Shown: positions 8,154 to 13,145 of the stretch, one piece after another
How positions within the stretch are numbered: the first letter of the stretch is position 1
Layout of the letters: each line of letters opens with the position of its first letter
Position numbers and translations under genes: made by a program
DNA from: Promethearchaeota archaeon
Lineage (GTDB): Archaea > Asgardarchaeota > Lokiarchaeia > Sigyniarchaeales > SOKP01
NCBI GenBank assembly: GCA_016839765.1
Contig: JAEOTP010000063.1
Location: 1 to 13,145, forward strand
Reading direction: 5' to 3'
Length of the DNA: 13,145 bases
Notes under the pieces: generated by a model
What the model saw: the letters and a program-made list of their open reading frames with translations, nothing else
Told to the model about the DNA's origin: nothing
The model's database searches: none

Positions 8154-8429
8154 TTCACTCATCAGAGTAAATCTGTTAATGAGAAGGGAAACTATGGATA
8201 CGTTAATTGTAGGAAAAGGGGTGTTAAATTGGGTAATCCTGAAGCTATGGTGAACTCAAAAGCAGATAAAAAATATTGGGAGGAGGCTTTAGATTTAATC
8301 ACAAGTAAAATAATTGATTTAAATTGTCTTATTACAAAAAGAATTACCTTGGAAGAGGCTGTTGATGCGTTTAAATTTTACGATTGAGAAAAATGGATAA
8401 AAATAATAATTGAGCCACAAAAAAAATAA
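8154..8429 (+). pseudogene. 3' remnant of a zinc-dependent medium-chain (MDR) alcohol/polyol dehydrogenase with an internal TGA
   Basis: Frame reads ...YWEEALDLITSKIIDLNCLITKRITLEEAVDAFKFYD*EKWIKIIIEPQKK*, matching the MDR C-terminal pattern (A.dli..g.id...lit....Leea..Af......Kiii.p). In-frame TGA at 8385-8387, final stop at 8427-8429. The N-terminal part of an MDR is missing. Confidence 0.7.
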
Positions 8430-8442
8430 AAATAGAAATTTA

Positions 8443-9765
8443 TTACTCTTTAATTAGAGTTTCTTTGACTGTTAAGAAGAGTGGGATAGAACCTAAGAAG
8501 AATATTGGAGCAAATACGAATACAAACGATTCTGGTATAAATCCATGAATTATCACAAATGTAGCAACTAATCCTCCTACAAATGATCCTACTATCTGTG
8601 AGATCGTCCGTATTATATTTAATATCCCAAGAAATTTTCCCCTTTCAAATTCGGGTAACAAATCTTGCGACCAGGCATTCATAGGGGTATCAAGACCTAA
8701 AATTCCGATAAGTATAAATGGAAATAAAACCAGTAGCAAAATAATATTGGTAGAAGTTCCTATTTTAACAAGTGGAATATAAAGGATTGCTAAAGATACA
8801 GCAAATATAACGACTGGGATGTATGTCCTTCTACCCTGTTTGTCACTTAGTTTGCCAAGTATTGTTATAACTACAAATAAGAAAGTAAATGAAACAAGGA
8901 CAATAAAAATCAATTCAAGCGTACTCAATCCTAAAGCAAATATCCATATAAATAAAAAAGGCATAATTGTCGAAATTCCAGTCCGGTATATAGTAAGAGC
9001 AAGTACAATTTTAAAGAACTCCTTATTCTCTTTTAACTTTTGTACATTTAAGATTTCTTTTAATTCAGTAAAAAATTTTTTCTTTGGAGGTAGCTCTTCC
9101 ACTGATTTTTCCTTTATAAGTAAAAATCCGATAATACATGCAACAGATATACTTATTCCACCTATTGCTAAAGTAAAAATATGTCCCACCTGCCCAATAA
9201 CAGTACCTTCAGATGTTTCTTGCCCAAAAATCATATCTGCCACAAGAATTGAAGCTACAGCTATTAGTAATCCAGTATTTCCGACAATGTTCACAAGACC
9301 ATTTGCTCTTCCTCTTTTCTCTAATTCAACCGTGTCTGGAATTAGGGCTCTTTCAGAAACATAATATGCATTTGAAGAAATACCAATAATCACAACATCT
9401 AAAATAATACAAATAATGTAAGCTGTTATAACATTTCCTCCAGCAAAGTTAATAGAGAATGCAAAAAGTATCATTGATACTCCCGAAATAATTCCAAAAA
9501 GTAAATACGGGCGGCGTCTACCAAATTTTCCTCTAGTATTATCACTTTTTATTCCCCACATAAGATTAGTTATTAAACCTACAACTGCAGAAAGAGTTAC
9601 CATTAATGTAATAAAGAGAGGAGCCAAACCTAAAACTTGGTCTATGTATGTGTTTAAATAATTTTGCTCAAAGAAACCAAAAATTGTATCTCCTGCTAAC
9701 AATAAACCAAATAATAATATTTGATTTCGCATGAATCTGGTAAATGTTTTATCTTTTTTACTCAT
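8443..9765 (-). CDS. MFS transporter, glycoside-pentoside-hexuronide (GPH)/sugar-type
   Basis: About 12 hydrophobic segments. Loop motif WGIKSDNTRGKFGRRRPY, second-half GKLSDKQGRR, ALIPD...RGRANG and QDLLP...RG. AGGAG SD at 9774-9778 (minus strand). Confidence 0.9.
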   Translation of the reverse strand: MSKKDKTFTRFMRNQILLFGLLLAGDTIFGFFEQNYLNTYIDQVLGLAPLFITLMVTLSAVVGLITNLMWGIKSDNTRGKFGRRRPYLLFGIISGVSMILFAFSINFAGGNVITAYIICIILDVVIIGISSNAYYVSERALIPDTVELEKRGRANGLVNIVGNTGLLIAVASILVADMIFGQETSEGTVIGQVGHIFTLAIGGISISVACIIGFLLIKEKSVEELPPKKKFFTELKEILNVQKLKENKEFFKIVLALTIYRTGISTIMPFLFIWIFALGLSTLELIFIVLVSFTFLFVVITILGKLSDKQGRRTYIPVVIFAVSLAILYIPLVKIGTSTNIILLLVLFPFILIGILGLDTPMNAWSQDLLPEFERGKFLGILNIIRTISQIVGSFVGGLVATFVIIHGFIPESFVFVFAPIFFLGSIPLFLTVKETLIKE

Positions 9766-9925
9766 TTTTAAAACTCCTAATTTCTAAAGATATAAAATTA
9801 AAATTTAATTAATTTTTAATACTTAAAAGCATATCTTTTTAAGTTTAATGTTAAAATTAATTTTATAACAAAATGGGATAAGAAGGTAAATTAAAGAACT
9901 AAAAATAATAATATATGAACAAGGA

Positions 9926-10819
9926 ATGGTAAAAAAAATCATCTTCTCAGCAAGACAAGATCATGAAGTTATTAAAAAGGTTATAGATAAATTAGAGAAG
10001 ATTCAAAATATTACGCTTATTACTCATGATCCTAAAAAAGAATACTTTAATCTTTCAAATATGCCGAATTTATTTGAAGAAGCGGCTCTTATTATTGTGA
10101 AAGTTAGAAATGATTGTTCCATTGACCTTCTTCATTATGCTAAAATTAATAGCATTCCAACGCTTCATAATGTGGATACTGTTTTAATGTGTAAAAATAA
10201 AATAGCTCTTGATTATGCACTGAGGAAACTTTTTACTCAGAATCCATACATTAATAGATATTTTTCTCTACCCCAATCTTGGAATCAAAATGTATCAAAT
10301 ATATCAAAATTTAAGAAATGGGCCGCCCCAAAATTACCAATTGTAATAAAAAGTCATTATCAGCATGATAAGTATAACAGATTCAACTTTTTAGCAAAGA
10401 AACTAAATGAAATAGATAAATTCTGCGATAGATATAAAACTTTTACGTATTATGATGTTTATATTCAAAAATTCATAGAATGTGATGGCATAGAAAGAAA
10501 GGTCTATGTTGTAGGTGATACAGTTTTTGGAATTAAAAGAGAGAACCCAATTTATATCTATCTGCGTGAAAATCCCGATAATATTAATATTGATGAAATA
10601 AATAGACAAGAATTTAAAATAACTGAAAGTGTCAAAAAACTAGCAGGGATTTTGGCAAAAGGGTTGAATCTTAAAATATTTGGTTTTGATCTTATAAAAC
10701 CTTTAAATAAGCGAAAATACTATTTAGTTGACTTAAATGATTTTCCAGGATTTAAGGGTATTCCAAATATAGAAGACGTAATTGTAAATTATCTTAAAGA
10801 TTATATTTCAAGTATTTAA
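9926..10819 (+). CDS. ATP-grasp ITPK1-like inositol phosphate kinase
   Basis: LIIVKV, LPIVIKSHYQH, YIQKFI...ERKVYVVG, IFGFDLI...YYLVDLNDFPGF. This is the closest of the four to the ITPK1 signature. Confidence 0.82.
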   Translation: MVKKIIFSARQDHEVIKKVIDKLEKIQNITLITHDPKKEYFNLSNMPNLFEEAALIIVKVRNDCSIDLLHYAKINSIPTLHNVDTVLMCKNKIALDYALRKLFTQNPYINRYFSLPQSWNQNVSNISKFKKWAAPKLPIVIKSHYQHDKYNRFNFLAKKLNEIDKFCDRYKTFTYYDVYIQKFIECDGIERKVYVVGDTVFGIKRENPIYIYLRENPDNINIDEINRQEFKITESVKKLAGILAKGLNLKIFGFDLIKPLNKRKYYLVDLNDFPGFKGIPNIEDVIVNYLKDYISSI

Positions 10820-11667
10820 CTTATACCTGTAGCAATAAAGATTGGAAAAATAACTAACCATGCTATAATTCCATACAATATGCAGAAATATCCGAATTGA
10901 ATTTTTTTTGAAATTCTTAGTAATAGTTCCATAGAAAGATATCCAATTACAAAGCTAACTATTGTTATAATAACTATCGTAAGAGGGTCTAAGATTCCGA
11001 AAACAGAACCCCCAAATAAAATATCAACAATAATAGATGCAATTGCAACAGGAACAGACATCAAAAAACCTAATTTTAAAGCATTTTCATGCTCATATTT
11101 TTCAAAGAGAATAGTGGATATAGTAAAACCAGAACGAGAAATACCTGGGAGAATTGCACATCCTTGAAACAATCCAGCTATAAAGGAATCTTTCAATATT
11201 TCCTTATCTTGTGTATAATCTATTATTTTTGTTCCATATATCTTTTTCATTCTAAGCAAAACAATACCAGTTATAATGAGTAATGCAGAAATTATTAGAG
11301 TTAGTAAATCTCCCTGAACTGCTGTAAATCCTCCAACAACAATAATCTTAAATAGAAAATACAATGGTAAAGCAGTGATAGCTGTGCCAATCGTACTAAA
11401 AATTAACCAATTTCTCTTTTTAATATCGATTGGATTACTATTAAATCTATTGGGCATAAAAGCTTTAGTAATATTAATATAATCTTTTCTGAACTTAATG
11501 ATGACAGCAAATGTAGTTCCTAGATGCAGCCATATTGAAAGACTGAATGCTTCTGCTGGTAAAATATTGAGAAATCCCAAAGAAATAATCATTACTTGAC
11601 CTGAAGATGATATAGGAAGCCATTCAAATAATCCTTGTAAAATTGCTATAATGATAAATTCCCACAT
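10816..11667 (-). CDS. uppP: Undecaprenyl/polyprenyl-diphosphate phosphatase (UppP/BacA family)
   Basis: QGLFEWLPISSSG, LHLGT and AILPGISRSG motifs with multiple TM helices. The stop codon overlaps the convergent gene by 4 bp (ttaa). Confidence 0.93.
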   Translation of the reverse strand: MWEFIIIAILQGLFEWLPISSSGQVMIISLGFLNILPAEAFSLSIWLHLGTTFAVIIKFRKDYINITKAFMPNRFNSNPIDIKKRNWLIFSTIGTAITALPLYFLFKIIVVGGFTAVQGDLLTLIISALLIITGIVLLRMKKIYGTKIIDYTQDKEILKDSFIAGLFQGCAILPGISRSGFTISTILFEKYEHENALKLGFLMSVPVAIASIIVDILFGGSVFGILDPLTIVIITIVSFVIGYLSMELLLRISKKIQFGYFCILYGIIAWLVIFPIFIATGIS

Positions 11668-11673
11668 ACAATC

Positions 11674-12150
11674 TCACATATACTTTTTTAATCCTTTCAT
11701 TATATTTTCTTTTACTTCATCTCTCGCTTTTCTGAAGCCATCTATTCCCTTCATTGAAGGGTCTTCAATATCTCCATAATCGCCAGCAAATTCTTTCAAA
11801 GTAAAAATTTCCTTATTATTGTTTTTGATAAATTTAGAGATTTCATTTTTATGTTTTTCAGTTAATGTAAGGATCAAATCTGATTTTTGAATTAAAAATG
11901 GACGCTTTTTTAAATCTATTGAAAGAGATTCTTCGGGTAAATCTATCCCCTCTTCTTTCATGACTAACTTTGCGTCAAGAGAGATAAGCATTCCATCCCT
12001 TGCGTTTGAGGCTATTCCCCCCGATAAAACATTCACATCTAAATTATGTTTTGAAAAAAAATCCTTTAAAAATCCGACGACTATTGGACTCCTAGCCGTG
12101 CCTACGCTACAAACTGCTAAGATATTTTTGTAAGGGAAGTTTATACTCAT
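11674..12150 (-). CDS. Low-molecular-weight phosphatase (LMW-PTP fold), YwlE/protein-arginine-phosphatase-like
   Basis: P-loop CSVGTARS (CX5RS), DLILTL...HK, and FTLKEFAG..GDIEDP with the general-acid Asp. Confidence 0.85.
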   Translation of the reverse strand: MSINFPYKNILAVCSVGTARSPIVVGFLKDFFSKHNLDVNVLSGGIASNARDGMLISLDAKLVMKEEGIDLPEESLSIDLKKRPFLIQKSDLILTLTEKHKNEISKFIKNNNKEIFTLKEFAGDYGDIEDPSMKGIDGFRKARDEVKENIMKGLKKYM

Positions 12151-12237
12151 AATTAAGTTGATATTAAGCTTTTAATGTATTATTTCTGTAATGAAACGAT
12201 ACTTTAAAAGTTTCAAGTTATTGAAAAGATGTTGAAT

Positions 12238-12912
12238 TTAAGAAAAGCTTTCAATCTTTGCAAATTTAATACCTTTATTAGTCATACTTTCTAAAGAGTT
12301 TGAAATATTTCCAGGAGGTAAGTCAATTCCTTTAGTTAGATCAATCAAAAAATATACTTCAAATCCAAAATCAACACCATCGATAGCTGTTGAATAACAA
12401 CAGTAATCTAACGCTAGACCGCACACAAAAATTCTCTTAATGCTTAGTGATTTTAAGTATCCTGCTAATCCTGTTTCAGATTTCTTGTCATTTTCAATAA
12501 AACCAGAATAACTATCGATTTGAGGATTATATCCCTTGCGAATTATAGCATGTGCTAAATTTTTATCCAACTTTTTATGGAATTCTGCTCCTTTTGAGCC
12601 TATTACACAATGGTCAGGCCATAACACAGGGCCTATAGCTTCGGTTTGATATTCATCACCAGGACTTTTCCCAGGGTGATTGCTTGCAAAAGATAAATGA
12701 TCTTGAGGATGCCAATCTTGAGTTAATACGACTTTATTATGAGTAGCATTGAATCTTAATGCTAATTTATTGATCCCATCAATGATTTGATCACCTTCTT
12801 CAACAGGTAATGCCCCACCTGGCATAAAGTCGTATTGCATATCCACAATAATTAAAGCATCGTCTTGATTAATATGAATGCCTTTTTCTATTTTTAATTC
12901 TATGATATCCAT
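12238..12912 (-). CDS. pncA: Nicotinamidase/pyrazinamidase (isochorismatase family)
   Basis: ALIIVDMQYDF.PGGALPV, TQDWHP, WPDHC, RKG...DSYSGF and GLALDYC give the Asp/Lys/Cys triad and metal-binding His. ATG at 12912, with an in-frame TTG at 12915. Confidence 0.93.
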   Translation of the reverse strand: MDIIELKIEKGIHINQDDALIIVDMQYDFMPGGALPVEEGDQIIDGINKLALRFNATHNKVVLTQDWHPQDHLSFASNHPGKSPGDEYQTEAIGPVLWPDHCVIGSKGAEFHKKLDKNLAHAIIRKGYNPQIDSYSGFIENDKKSETGLAGYLKSLSIKRIFVCGLALDYCCYSTAIDGVDFGFEVYFLIDLTKGIDLPPGNISNSLESMTNKGIKFAKIESFS

Positions 12913-13094
12913 CAATTTTACCCTTTAATTGTTTTTATGAAGAACTAATTTTAAAATAAATAAGATCGATTAATATTTTAATTTTTAACTCATTTTTAAC
13001 TTTTTTTAGCAATTTTAATATTTTTTATCTAACTGATATTCAAAAAATTTATTTCAATAATACTATTATGATTATATTATACAAATCACAATAA

Positions 13095-13145
13095 GCGCTC
13101 GTAGTATAGTGGTAATATGCTGGCTTCCCAAGCCAGCGTCCCGGG
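13095..13145 (+). tRNA. tRNA-Gly(CCC), 3' part outside the window
   Basis: GCGCTCG acceptor 5' strand, D-arm GTAT-AGTGGTA-ATAT, anticodon arm CTGGC-TTCCCAA-GCCAG (CCC at 13127-13129), short variable loop, then the T-stem 5' strand CCGGG. No intron in the anticodon loop. Confidence 0.93.

Noticed and set aside
8385-8387. In-frame TGA as selenocysteine or a recoded codon
   Set aside because: It lies in a non-catalytic C-terminal position of a truncated gene, no SECIS-like hairpin is evident, and TGA is a normal stop at 4129 and 11674. A point mutation from AGA/CGA is simpler.
9780-9870. A/T-only palindromes such as aaaattaatttt in the MFS-kinase intergenic region
   Set aside because: Expected by chance in almost pure A/T sequence; a specific TATA box or operator cannot be singled out.
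4129-10819. RimK/LysX-type peptide ligase or ATP-grasp RiPP (graspetide) cluster
   Set aside because: The motifs are KVY and DxN rather than DxR and ExN, there is no precursor peptide or LysW carrier, and the MIPS context favours inositol kinases. Disfavoured but not formally excluded.
1189-11283. Short ORFs 1189-1386, 2404-2655, 3954-4139, 4121-4306, 7226-7495, 7657-7881, 8819-9364, 10403-10609, 11089-11283
   Set aside because: All lie antisense within well-supported genes and show no family motifs; they are shadow ORFs.
12238-12912. pncA as part of the inositol system, supplying NAD+ for MIPS
   Set aside because: MIPS uses NAD+ catalytically with no net consumption; adjacency alone is insufficient.
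12916-13145. tRNA-Gly as the attachment site of a genomic island carrying the cluster
   Set aside because: No integrase and no duplicated tRNA fragment. The window lies on the 5' side of the tRNA and contains housekeeping-type genes of similar composition.

Overview
AT-rich archaeal chromosomal segment; gene content and style suggest Asgard archaea, probably Lokiarchaeia (inference, no marker gene present). The core (3137-10819) is an inositol-phosphate gene cluster. It has a myo-inositol-3(1)-phosphate synthase flanked by four ATP-grasp proteins with eukaryotic ITPK1 (inositol-trisphosphate 5/6-kinase)-type rather than RimK-type motifs, one of them degenerate. It also has a translationally coupled HAD phosphatase with a very lysine-rich tail, a GPH-type MFS sugar transporter and an unannotated remnant of a Zn-dependent dehydrogenase. 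Left flank: a 5'-truncated membrane-anchored surface protein with tandem cadherin-like repeats, a possible PflX remnant, and an HhH-fused SlyD/FKBP with altered active-site residues. Right flank: uppP, a YwlE-like LMW phosphatase, pncA and a 3'-truncated tRNA-Gly(CCC). All motif comparisons were made by eye from memory of the families; no searches were run.
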